Part shown: piece by piece, positions 29,996-38,931 of the stretch | Layout of the letters: each line of letters starts with the position of its first letter | How positions within the stretch are numbered: the first letter of the stretch is position 1 | Origin: Spirochaetota bacterium | GTDB taxonomy: Bacteria > Spirochaetota > UBA4802 > UBA5550 | Length of the DNA stretch: 64,000 nt | Direction: 5' to 3' | Assembly (NCBI GenBank): GCA_963663865.1 | Contig: OY760686.1 | Coordinates: forward strand, 3,008,001-3,072,000 | The notes under the pieces: model-generated | Seen by the model: the letters and a program-made list of their open reading frames with translations, nothing else | Databases searched by the model: none | What the model was told of the DNA's origin: nothing | Made by a program: the position numbers and the translations under genes

Positions 29996-30661
29996 CTACA
30001 TGCCTTCGTCAACCCGCCATTGAATGGCGTACTGGACGAGAGCGTCTGCGTTCTCAAGGTTGAGCTTTTTCTTTATGCGCTCCCGATATGTTTCAATGGT
30101 TTTGACACTGAGTAGCATGCCTGCCGCTATATGCCTGGTACTGTGGCCTTCCCCGATCATTCTGAAGACCTCAAGCTCCCGGTTGGTCAGGGCGTCAATT
30201 GGAGAACCGCCGCCCTCTGACGGACCGCCAAGCAGCTTTTCAAGAAGGCTTTCCTTGATCGACGGGCTTAAATAAATCTTACCCGACATGATCTCTCTCA
30301 GCGCGCCTATTATCATTTCAACAGATTCGCTCTTCATAATATAGCCGCGCGCTCCGGCCTTAATTGCTCTCTCCGCGTAAATTGCCTCGTCAAGCATTGA
30401 AAGAATAAGCACCGGAATACTGAACCTGTTTTTTATCGCCTTGGCAAGTTCAATCCCGTTTGTTCCCTTCAGGCCTACATCGACCACCGCTGCGTCGGGA
30501 GAGGTCCTGTCAATCGCAGTTATAGCCTCGCCCGCGTCCTCAGCCTCGGCGCAGACTATGAGATCCTGTTCGTTATTGATAAACCTTGCAAGGCCCTGCC
30601 TTACAACGGAATGGTCATCAACAACAAGAATTTTTTTTCTGTCAATATTCACTTTATCCAT
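29996..30661 (-). CDS. NarL/LuxR-family response regulator
   Basis: VVDDHSVVRQG REC domain and LTNRELEVFRMIGEG...LSVKTIETYRERIKKKL HTH. Confidence 0.93.
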   Translation of the reverse strand: MDKVNIDRKKILVVDDHSVVRQGLARFINNEQDLIVCAEAEDAGEAITAIDRTSPDAAVVDVGLKGTNGIELAKAIKNRFSIPVLILSMLDEAIYAERAIKAGARGYIMKSESVEMIIGALREIMSGKIYLSPSIKESLLEKLLGGPSEGGGSPIDALTNRELEVFRMIGEGHSTRHIAAGMLLSVKTIETYRERIKKKLNLENADALVQYAIQWRVDEGM

Positions 30662-30856
30662 AAAACAAACCGGCTGTCATATCCCAACCCTTGTTTAAGA
30701 GGGAGGGGATAATGCCTTTTCAGAAAATCAGCTTCCATATAAAGAGTCAAACACATTTCCGCTTAATGCCCTCTTTCCTGCCAATTATGCCTTAAACAGC
30801 ATTACATCACTGCCGGCGGCGGCACATGATAGGACTTAAGCTTTCAGCACATCAAT

Positions 30857-32287
30857 TTAAACAGACGAAACTGGCAGCATACATTTAACAACCGTCCCGC
30901 CCCCGGGCACAGGACCAATTTCCATTTGTGCACGAAGCAGCTTGGCCCTGTAACGCATAATATGAGATCCAAGGCCTCCGGGATTATCATCTCCTGTACT
31001 TTCATCGAGTCCGATGCCGTTGTCCCTTATCTCAACCACGATATTATTGTTATCATGGCCGATATCAACAACAATCCTGTCAGCCATTCCATGCCTTACG
31101 GCATTATTCACGGCTTCGACGATTATATAGTAGAGGTTCATGGCTCTGTCATTCCCCTCTATCATCAGATCAAATTCGCAATGCAGGGTACAGCTTATTC
31201 CATAAAGCTTCTCGACATTCACGCACAGAATCCGAAGGGTCTCAAGAATGCCTTCCTCGGCTATATTGACAGGATTGAGTCCTCTCGCGAGAACCCTTGA
31301 CTGCGCCCTTGCCTCATTTACCAGCCCGAGGAGCTCAATGGCATTCTCTGTTTCAGGCAAGCTTTTCTCTTCAAGCTTCTTGATGAGAAACTCACACATA
31401 AAGCCGATACCCGTCAACACCTGTCCCAGTCCGTCATGAATGTCCCTTCCGATCCTCTGGCGTTCCATATCTACTGCATCCATAACCTTTTTCTCGGCCT
31501 GACGCTTTGCAGTTATATCCCTGACAAAGGCCTGATATCCGCCTCTCTGTCCATTGTCGCCATACAGTGGAAGCACCGACACGCTCACAAGAATCTCTCT
31601 GCCTGTTTTGGAAACTATCCTTATTTCCACATCTCTTATCGAGCCGCTGGCCTCAATATGCTCTATCAGCTTCTGCTTCTCTGTAGGATCAAGAACCATG
31701 CTCCCCACATCAGATCCGATCAGTTCTTCGCGTCCATGTTCAAACAGGCGTATTGCGGCGAAATTGACATCGACAATCTGCCGGTTATTATCATACAGAA
31801 TTATCGGGTCTCTGGACTTTTCAAAAAGCATGCGGTACTTCATCTCGCTCAACCTGAGACGGTTGTCCATTGAGTGTTTAAATAGGGCCGTCTCAACCAC
31901 TGCGTACAGTTCGCGCACATGAACGGGCTTTATGATGAAGCCGTATGGTCCCGCAAGGCTTGCCTTTCTCAATACATCATCATCTGAATGTCCCGTAATA
32001 AAAATGACCGGAATGTCGTAACTTTCCTTTATAATGAATGCCGTGTCAATCCCGTCGGTAGGACCTTCAAGCGTTATATCCATAAGAACAAGATTTGGCG
32101 GTTCTTTTTTGATTCGTTCAAGACAGTCTGTGCATGAGGAAACGAGGTGCGTTTCAATGAACCCCCTCTGCTGCAGAACCTTCTGCATAAACAGGCCAAT
32201 TATTGCCTCGTCCTCAACAATGAGCACCCTGGTTTTTTCGGGATCAGCCGCACTGCCGATTATATTTCCGTACCCAATTGTATCCAC
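30857..32287 (-). CDS. REC-PAS-HisKA_3 hybrid sensor histidine kinase
   Basis: LIVEDE/LVLMDI REC, a PAS/PAC domain (FVRDITAKRQAE), ERQRIGRDIHDGLGQ, EAVNNAVRHG and DNGIG. Confidence 0.92.
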   Translation of the reverse strand: MDTIGYGNIIGSAADPEKTRVLIVEDEAIIGLFMQKVLQQRGFIETHLVSSCTDCLERIKKEPPNLVLMDITLEGPTDGIDTAFIIKESYDIPVIFITGHSDDDVLRKASLAGPYGFIIKPVHVRELYAVVETALFKHSMDNRLRLSEMKYRMLFEKSRDPIILYDNNRQIVDVNFAAIRLFEHGREELIGSDVGSMVLDPTEKQKLIEHIEASGSIRDVEIRIVSKTGREILVSVSVLPLYGDNGQRGGYQAFVRDITAKRQAEKKVMDAVDMERQRIGRDIHDGLGQVLTGIGFMCEFLIKKLEEKSLPETENAIELLGLVNEARAQSRVLARGLNPVNIAEEGILETLRILCVNVEKLYGISCTLHCEFDLMIEGNDRAMNLYYIIVEAVNNAVRHGMADRIVVDIGHDNNNIVVEIRDNGIGLDESTGDDNPGGLGSHIMRYRAKLLRAQMEIGPVPGGGTVVKCMLPVSSV

Positions 32288-32436
32288 GCACTACTTATTT
32301 CACCGCTTAATATAGAAATCAATCAGAAAAATTTTACCTGCCGTGTCCAGAGGCTAACGCTCTTCAATATTATTCTTGATACAAATATGTCTACAGGGTA
32401 TAATCCGTCCAGAAACGTTGATTACGGCGGGGTATT

Positions 32437-33231
32437 ATGACAAGAGCATACAATGCCGTCTCGGTTATTCTGTTAGTCATTACGGCGCTGACCTACTTTT
32501 TTTTCAGTGGAAACTCTCTCCTCGTAAAGACCATCGGCGGAATATTTCCGGCAGCTATGTCGCTCAACGCGGCAGTTGTCATTTTCGCGACATTCATGTC
32601 CTTCGGCAAATGGGGAGCCGCCCGCACCAACTGGTTCCTGTTTTTTTTGAGTGCACTCTTTTCAATGACCGCCGAACTCACCTACTTTTACCTGGAATGC
32701 TTCATTAAAGTTGAACAAACATCGCTCTCAGCATCACCCGCAGATTTTTTCTGGGTGTGCCAATATCTGCTGATAATCACAGGAATGGTCATACTCATTG
32801 CGGGATTCATGAAATCAGGCCTTCCGAGGGGCAGATGGATGATCAGCTTTTCTCTGATACTTCTATTAGGAGTCTTCTCTGCCGTAATAATGTACGAGTT
32901 TATTCTAAAACTCATAGCATCAGACACGGAAATATCCACCGCAGTAAAAATTATGTACTTTTTCTATCCTCTTGCTGATCTGATCATTATCATGATCGCG
33001 CTCATGATAATGCACATCACCACTCTGTTCGGGAAAGGGGCCCTTTCACTGCCGTGGAAGATTATTGCATGTTCGTTTATCGTAAATTCACTCGCCGATA
33101 TAGCCTACAGCTATCTCGACTGGAAGTCTCTGTACTCAACCGGTCACAGCATTGACCTTCTGTGGGGCGCGGGCTACTGGCTGCTCGGCCTGGGAGCTTT
33201 GATCCAGAAAAAGCTTATGCGGTCCATATAG
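32437..33231 (+). CDS. Polytopic membrane protein (stand-alone MASE-like sensor domain)
   Basis: About 7-8 TM helices. Motifs SPADFFW, YPLADL and DIAYSY...IDLLW resemble membrane input modules of diguanylate cyclases and kinases, but there is no output domain. Confidence 0.7.
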   Translation: MTRAYNAVSVILLVITALTYFFFSGNSLLVKTIGGIFPAAMSLNAAVVIFATFMSFGKWGAARTNWFLFFLSALFSMTAELTYFYLECFIKVEQTSLSASPADFFWVCQYLLIITGMVILIAGFMKSGLPRGRWMISFSLILLLGVFSAVIMYEFILKLIASDTEISTAVKIMYFFYPLADLIIIMIALMIMHITTLFGKGALSLPWKIIACSFIVNSLADIAYSYLDWKSLYSTGHSIDLLWGAGYWLLGLGALIQKKLMRSI

Positions 33232-33238
33232 GTGCTTT

Positions 33239-33469
33239 ATGTGCGGATTTGTAAAAGAGCTGGTCGTTAAAATTCTGACACCATACCTCGGGAAAAGCAT
33301 GACAGAAGCCTCTATTGAGCTATTCTGCAAAGAAAGAGGGATTTCGCCGCACCATCTCACGGCGGCCCATATCCCCGACCTTACAAAAAAAATTGGCCCG
33401 GGCATAGTAATATTCATAGGGCAGGATAAAGCTGATCAGGTTTTAGATAATCTTCTAAAAATTCATTAG
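33239..33469 (+). CDS. Small hypothetical protein (76 aa)
   Basis: AGGTG RBS overlapping the upstream stop, 7-nt gap and a helical amphipathic pattern (ILTPYLGKSMTEASIELFCKERGI). Confidence 0.65.
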   Translation: MCGFVKELVVKILTPYLGKSMTEASIELFCKERGISPHHLTAAHIPDLTKKIGPGIVIFIGQDKADQVLDNLLKIH

Positions 33470-33487
33470 CCCCATTTTGGCGGGAAA

Positions 33488-34480
33488 TCAAAGCCTTTTT
33501 TTAAACTCAACGAGATCCTGAGGACCGTCAATATCGTTTTCCCATCTGCCGGCGTTCTTCTTTATTCTAAAAAAAACACCCGAATAGTCGGACAAATCGA
33601 GTTTGTAGAGTCTGGACAAAATATCGAGGAAAGTCTGATACAGCTCAGTAAAAACAATGCTCTTTCTTCGGATTTGCCCTACAAGACGATATTTTTTGAG
33701 TTTGATAAGATAATACATAATTTTTGAAATTGAGCTCGGTGTAAGAGCCTTCCTTAGATTGTACAGAAGATTAAGGCTCTGTCTGGCGACAAGACCATCG
33801 ATGCTCATGTGCTTAATAAATGAAGCGCTGTTTCCAATACGCACCGGCCCGTCCGTAAAGTTTACAAAGCTTTTCAGCTTTCCCTTTTTCTGGCCTCTTT
33901 TGAAAAACTTGATCCTATGAGGAAGCCAATTATCCTTTCTCATATCATCATAGTGGACAACACCGTAAATCATTCTTACCGGCACCCCCCTGTAATCGCT
34001 TTCATTTGCGAAGATATCGGTATATGAATCAAAAATATACTCTACATCCTCGGATGTTATTCGGGGGGTATCTCCAAAATATATGTCTACCCGCTGACCG
34101 TATTCGACAAGCGGATAGAAATCCTTCATATGCCCTGCGACAGATTCAGTCATCTGCCTTATTTCAAGATTGTCATAAGCCGAAACGTCCACTGTTTTCG
34201 TAAAGCTCTTGATGTCGTTGTAGACGTAAACCTTTTCGTATATTCTCTTCCCGTTTTTTCTTGCGCCGTAGACGGCATCCAGGACATAGCTTATAATCGG
34301 CCTCCCCTTCACGGAGTAAAGAAACTTGTTCTTCCCCATGTAGAGCTCTTCACCGTCGTATGATTCCTTGATCTCGCGTTCATATTCCCTTCTTGTGGCG
34401 TGATCAACCCTGTTATACCCGGCAAGTATTAGCGCGACAGGACCCATATTACCGCCGCTTTTATCATTCGGTAATTTCAT
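33488..34480 (-). CDS. Nucleotidyltransferase-fold (MobA/NTP_transf_3-like) protein
   Basis: ALILAG, NKFLYSVKGRPIISYVLDA, FGDTPRIT and a C-terminal NDIDGPQDL motif. Confidence 0.65.
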   Translation of the reverse strand: MKLPNDKSGGNMGPVALILAGYNRVDHATRREYEREIKESYDGEELYMGKNKFLYSVKGRPIISYVLDAVYGARKNGKRIYEKVYVYNDIKSFTKTVDVSAYDNLEIRQMTESVAGHMKDFYPLVEYGQRVDIYFGDTPRITSEDVEYIFDSYTDIFANESDYRGVPVRMIYGVVHYDDMRKDNWLPHRIKFFKRGQKKGKLKSFVNFTDGPVRIGNSASFIKHMSIDGLVARQSLNLLYNLRKALTPSSISKIMYYLIKLKKYRLVGQIRRKSIVFTELYQTFLDILSRLYKLDLSDYSGVFFRIKKNAGRWENDIDGPQDLVEFKKRL

Positions 34481-34503
34481 TATTAGAATTCCAAAGTTTA
34501 GAA

Positions 34504-35202
34504 TTATATACCACGGACTTCACAAATATCAGCAAAATCCCTTACCACATCCGCGAGAGCCCTCAGAACATCAGTATGAAGAGGTTCAACAGACGAATAC
34601 TCTTCCCCCAGAAGCGTAGTGCCGGCAGCAAACTGCTGAAGGTAGTATTTTCCGACCTTTCCAACCCTGCCGCCAATTTCCCGCAAAATATTTTCATTCA
34701 CATAACCTGGCACACATGTAGTGCGCAGTTCATATTCGATACCGCTTTTTTTTAACAGATTTGCCGTCTCGGCAATCCTGTAAAAGTCCGCTTCTACCCC
34801 GGTCAGTACAGAATACAGAGAAGGCGAGGTCTTAATATCCAGGGCAGCATACTCAATTGCTTCCGAAGCAAGAAGGCTTTCAACAACTTCCGGGAGCATA
34901 CCATTTGTATCAAGCTTAACGGGAAGCCCCAGCTTACCAACGCAGAGCGCAAAATCAACAATATCCTCATTCAGAGTCGGCTCTCCGCCAGACAGAACTA
35001 CACCGTCAATAAGCCCCTTTCTGGAGGCAAGGTACTGCAGCACGTCCTCTTCCGAGTGGACAGGCAGCTCCCTGCTGTTCAGAGCCAGATCAGGATTGTG
35101 ACAAAAACCGCAGCGCATATTGCACCCTCCGGTAAAGATTACAGTTGAAATCTTCCCGGGATAGTCTACAAGCGATGTTTTATAAAGTCCTCTGATATTC
35201 AT
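34504..35202 (-). CDS. nrdG: Anaerobic ribonucleoside-triphosphate reductase activating protein (radical SAM)
   Basis: SLVDYPGKISTVIFTGGCNMRCGFCHNP (CxxxCxxC), GVVLSGGEPTL and KLDTNG. Confidence 0.93.
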   Translation of the reverse strand: MNIRGLYKTSLVDYPGKISTVIFTGGCNMRCGFCHNPDLALNSRELPVHSEEDVLQYLASRKGLIDGVVLSGGEPTLNEDIVDFALCVGKLGLPVKLDTNGMLPEVVESLLASEAIEYAALDIKTSPSLYSVLTGVEADFYRIAETANLLKKSGIEYELRTTCVPGYVNENILREIGGRVGKVGKYYLQQFAAGTTLLGEEYSSVEPLHTDVLRALADVVRDFADICEVRGI

Positions 35203-35356
35203 TGGAAAGCACTGTTTCCCTGTTTACGATATATGTTTTTCTTTCTTTAAACTCTTCCTGTTTCCCCCTGTTCCACTGATTGACCGGCCTGAAATAACCC
35301 ACAACCCTTGAATAAACCTCAACCGGTACTTTTACTGTTTTGTTCTTAACGCTCAT
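35180..35356 (-). CDS. Stand-alone NrdD C-terminal glycyl-radical domain (58 aa)
   Basis: Hand translation MSVKNKTVKVPVEVYSRVVGYFRPVNQWNRGKQEEFKERKTYIVNRETVLSNEYQRTL*. A GGGAG RBS sits 6 nt before the ATG. It contains the RVxGY glycyl-radical motif and the WNxGKxxEF tail of class III RNR, and overlaps the nrdG start by 23 nt. Confidence 0.9.
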   Translation of the reverse strand: MSVKNKTVKVPVEVYSRVVGYFRPVNQWNRGKQEEFKERKTYIVNRETVLSNEYQRTL

Positions 35357-35429
35357 TTCAATCTCCCGCCGTAATACGGCTTACTCTAAATAATAATATA
35401 TTAAACTTTTCCCATGACAGCCACTATCT

Positions 35430-37487
35430 CTACTCGTCCTCTACATCAACCTCTACGCCAAATGCCCGCAGATCTTCAGCTGAATGCTCATAGGGGCAAA
35501 ACTTGTGTTCTCCCGGAATATAGCCGTGTACAGGGCAGACACTGAATGTAGGCGTCAGTGAAAAATAAGGCAGATGATATCTGGATGAGACCTTTTTTAC
35601 GAGGGCTTTGACTACATCTATGTCGTCTATTTTCTGACCAAGAAAGAGATGCACAACCGTTCCTCCGGTAAACTTAACCTGAAGATTATCCTGATGGTCA
35701 AGAACTTCGAACATATCACTGGTGTATGAAACAGGAAGATGGACCGAGTTGGTATAATAGGGTTCATCCGAACCTGCTGTGACTATCTCGGGGAACTCCG
35801 AGCGGTCTTTCCTGGCAAGCCTGTAGCTTACACCTTCAGCCGGTGTTGCCTCAAGATTATAAAAATTGCCTGTCTCCTCCTGGAACTCCATTATGCGTTC
35901 TCTCATGAAATCAAGGACTCTCACCGCAAATTCCTTTCCTTCTATTGAAGATATGTCCGCGCCGTGCATATTCAGACAGGCTTCGTTCATTCCGACAAGT
36001 CCTATGGTTGAGAAATGGTTTCCCCAGAACTTGCCGTCCCTGAGCCTTATGTCGCTCAAATAATGCTTTGTGTAGGGATACAGATTGCTTTCAGTAAACT
36101 TCTCAAGCACCTTCCGCTTTATCTCAAGTGAATTGCGGGCGAGCCTCATCAACGACTCCAGAGAAGCGAAAAAATCCTGCTCATTGCCTGTACGGAAAGC
36201 CAGTCTGGGTAGATTTATCGTCACAACCCCGATGCTTCCGGTCAGAGGGTTGGCGCCGAAAAGCCCGCCGCCTCTCTTGCGAAGCTCTCTGTTATCAAGC
36301 CTGAGCCGGCAGCACATTGACCGGGCATCCTCAGGATCCATGTCTGAATTAACATAATTAGCAAAATACGGGATTCCGTAACGGGCCGTCATTTTCCAGA
36401 GGTTATCAAGCTTTGGATTGTTCCAGTCAAAGTCTCTCGTTATGTTGTAGGTCGGAATCGGAAATGTAAAGATTCTGCCCTTTGAATCGCCATCCATGAG
36501 ACACTCGGCAAAAGCAGCATTAAAAATATCCATCTCATCCTGAAATTCGGAGTATGTCTCATTCATGTATTCGCCGCCGATGACGGCATATTCTCCTCCG
36601 ATGTTTGAAGGTACAACAAGATCAAGAGTAACATTGGTAAACGGCGTCTGAAAGCCTACTCTGGTCGGAATGTTCATATTAAAGATGAACTCCTGCAGAC
36701 ACTGTTTCACATCCTTATAGCTAAGCCCGTCATACCTTATAAAGGGGGCAAGATAGGTATCAAAGTTTGAAAAAGCCTGAGCGCCGGCAGATTCACCCTG
36801 CAGGGTGTAAAAGAAGTTAACAATCTGCCCGAGAGCACTTCTGAAATGCCTTGCCGGTCTGCTTTCAATTTTTCCGGGGACACCGCCAAAGCCTCTGATT
36901 AAAAGGTCCTTCAGATCCCACCCGACGCAGTACGCCGAGAGCAGCCCCAGATCATGCAAATGAAAATCTCCCGCGACATGTGAATCCCTTATTTCGGGGG
37001 GATATATCCTCTCAAGCCAATACTTTGCTGTGATGTCGGCGGCAATATGATTGTTAAGGCCCTGAAGCGAATAGCTCATATTGCTGTTCTCGTTTACACG
37101 CCAGTCTGACCTGTCAAGGTACTCCTCTATCAGCTGGACGCCTTCGCCGAGAAGGTTTGCGGCGTCACGCAGATTCCTGTGCTGCTCTCTGTAGATGATG
37201 TAGGCTTTTGCCACTCTGGCATGGCCCCGCTCAATGAGCATTTTTTCGACAAGATCCTGAACATTCTCAACGGTGGGGATGCGGCCGTCTTTAAAAAGTA
37301 TGTCAAGTATTCCTGTAATTGACGCAGTAACAGACTCGGCGGTGTTCCTGTCGCTGCCTCCTACGGCCTCAACAGCCCTATATATAGCGTTAGTGATTTT
37401 ATCTGTATCAAACGGAACGACTCTCCCGTCCCGTTTTCTGATGTATCTGCCCTCCGCGTTCTGTAACATCAAAGGCTCCGTATTCAT
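35430..37487 (-). CDS. nrdD: Anaerobic (class III) ribonucleoside-triphosphate reductase large subunit, lacking the C-terminal Gly-radical loop
   Basis: N-terminal ATP-cone (IRKRDGRVVPFD), SAYCVGW, SMCCRL thiyl-radical loop, NLEATPAEG and FTGGTVVH. It ends CPVHGY...CPYEH...DVEDE* with no RxxGY. Confidence 0.95.
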   Translation of the reverse strand: MNTEPLMLQNAEGRYIRKRDGRVVPFDTDKITNAIYRAVEAVGGSDRNTAESVTASITGILDILFKDGRIPTVENVQDLVEKMLIERGHARVAKAYIIYREQHRNLRDAANLLGEGVQLIEEYLDRSDWRVNENSNMSYSLQGLNNHIAADITAKYWLERIYPPEIRDSHVAGDFHLHDLGLLSAYCVGWDLKDLLIRGFGGVPGKIESRPARHFRSALGQIVNFFYTLQGESAGAQAFSNFDTYLAPFIRYDGLSYKDVKQCLQEFIFNMNIPTRVGFQTPFTNVTLDLVVPSNIGGEYAVIGGEYMNETYSEFQDEMDIFNAAFAECLMDGDSKGRIFTFPIPTYNITRDFDWNNPKLDNLWKMTARYGIPYFANYVNSDMDPEDARSMCCRLRLDNRELRKRGGGLFGANPLTGSIGVVTINLPRLAFRTGNEQDFFASLESLMRLARNSLEIKRKVLEKFTESNLYPYTKHYLSDIRLRDGKFWGNHFSTIGLVGMNEACLNMHGADISSIEGKEFAVRVLDFMRERIMEFQEETGNFYNLEATPAEGVSYRLARKDRSEFPEIVTAGSDEPYYTNSVHLPVSYTSDMFEVLDHQDNLQVKFTGGTVVHLFLGQKIDDIDVVKALVKKVSSRYHLPYFSLTPTFSVCPVHGYIPGEHKFCPYEHSAEDLRAFGVEVDVEDE

Positions 37488-37997
37488 TATTTTGTATTTT
37501 TAATAGATATATCGACGATTATATTCAGCAAATCCCAATAACACGGTATGTACAAAAACCAGGCCGTGCCTGAGGGGGAAAACGCAAACAACGAAAAACA
37601 GCTTAACGCTGCTCAGTATCCCGATTTTTATACATTTTATCCAATTTGGATGAGGAGATTCGCCCAGGCTCACATTCTGATTACCTTAAGTGACATAATC
37701 TGAACCATCGCCATATATCAAGTTACCATTTCAAACAAAAGAGTCAAATAATTTTTGCGACATAATACCATTAATTTCAAAAAGCCCGCAAAAATTAAAA
37801 TTACCGTATTTCCCCCGGTTCAGGGCTGCCGCCTTCTCCTCAATCAGACCACAATTATCAGTAATTACTGATAAAAATAATGTTTTATGCCGATATATCT
37901 GTGAGGTAACGAAATGAGCCCGTCCGGGTTTCCGGCCATCGAGCCCTTAATATCGGGGAATTTCATTCCCCCCTCATATCGACATAGAGGTAACAAG

Positions 37998-38525
37998 ATG
38001 AAAAAGCACACTTCACTTCCAGTATTTATTCTGATTCTTTCTCTGACAGCCGCTGCTGCATCAGCTTTCAGCAGAACATCAGATGACGAGCTGATTGAAA
38101 AAATCAAAATCACCCAATCCGATATCCCTCAGGGATACATTTTCGGTAAAATACCAGGGCCGGCAAAAGCTGTCTTCAAGAACAACCCCTGGAGTTTCGA
38201 CAATAATGCCGTCAGAAAACTTACCGGGAGAATATATCCCGGCGGAGATTACTCAAAGATATCTGCCATTCACATGACAATATTGACACGGAGCGACAAG
38301 CCGTTCAGCGACGATATTGTTTGCTACCTTATGGTCTTCAACAGGGGCAAATCTTCCGCGGATGAGATCAAAAAGCTTAAGGAACACATTGACTTTAACG
38401 GCGACAGGGCACTCCTCGTAACCAGGGACAACCTGGCAATTTTCATGCATGTTGACGATACGGATGATTTCCATTACATCAGGTCATTATCTGAAAAAAT
38501 TGAACAGAGACTTTCCTCTCTATAA
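37998..38525 (+). CDS. Hypothetical exported protein
   Basis: AGAGGT RBS before ATG 37998 and signal peptide MKKHTSLPVFILILSLTAAAASA. Confidence 0.75.
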   Translation: MKKHTSLPVFILILSLTAAAASAFSRTSDDELIEKIKITQSDIPQGYIFGKIPGPAKAVFKNNPWSFDNNAVRKLTGRIYPGGDYSKISAIHMTILTRSDKPFSDDIVCYLMVFNRGKSSADEIKKLKEHIDFNGDRALLVTRDNLAIFMHVDDTDDFHYIRSLSEKIEQRLSSL

Positions 38526-38931
38526 CAGCCTGCTTCATGGAGCTCCCGGAATCATAATGCAGGGAGCTCCACGCAACCCTCCGAAGAGCATAAAAAGTCA
38601 GCAAAAGACGTTCCATTTGAAAACTGTATCAATGCAGGGATATCAGAATCAGCTTAACCGACATTTCTCCTCAAATTGTACCTTTTAACACGCGGCAATG
38701 CCTATAGTGATAATTTTTGTATCTGAAAAAATAATTTTAATTGATAAATAATGAGGACTATAGAATAATATGCGGTTGCCGTGTATTCCGCCGCATGCAA
38801 TCAGGCTGCGAACACATAACCCGCTCAGGCGGTTTATAACAGTCTGTGCTTCGGGCTGCAAGCGGGACGACACGGACCGTAATGCTTTACTGAAACAGCA
38901 GTCCTAACAATAATCTATCTGGAGGATTTCA

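Noticed and set aside
35357-35432. Stop-codon readthrough or simple frameshift joining nrdD to the small ORF
   Set aside because: The 73-nt spacer is out of frame, a second in-frame TAG follows two codons later, and the small ORF has its own RBS.
37488-37900. NrdR boxes or cobalamin riboswitch upstream of nrdD
   Set aside because: There is only a weak single match (CGCCATATATCAAG) and no B12-box.
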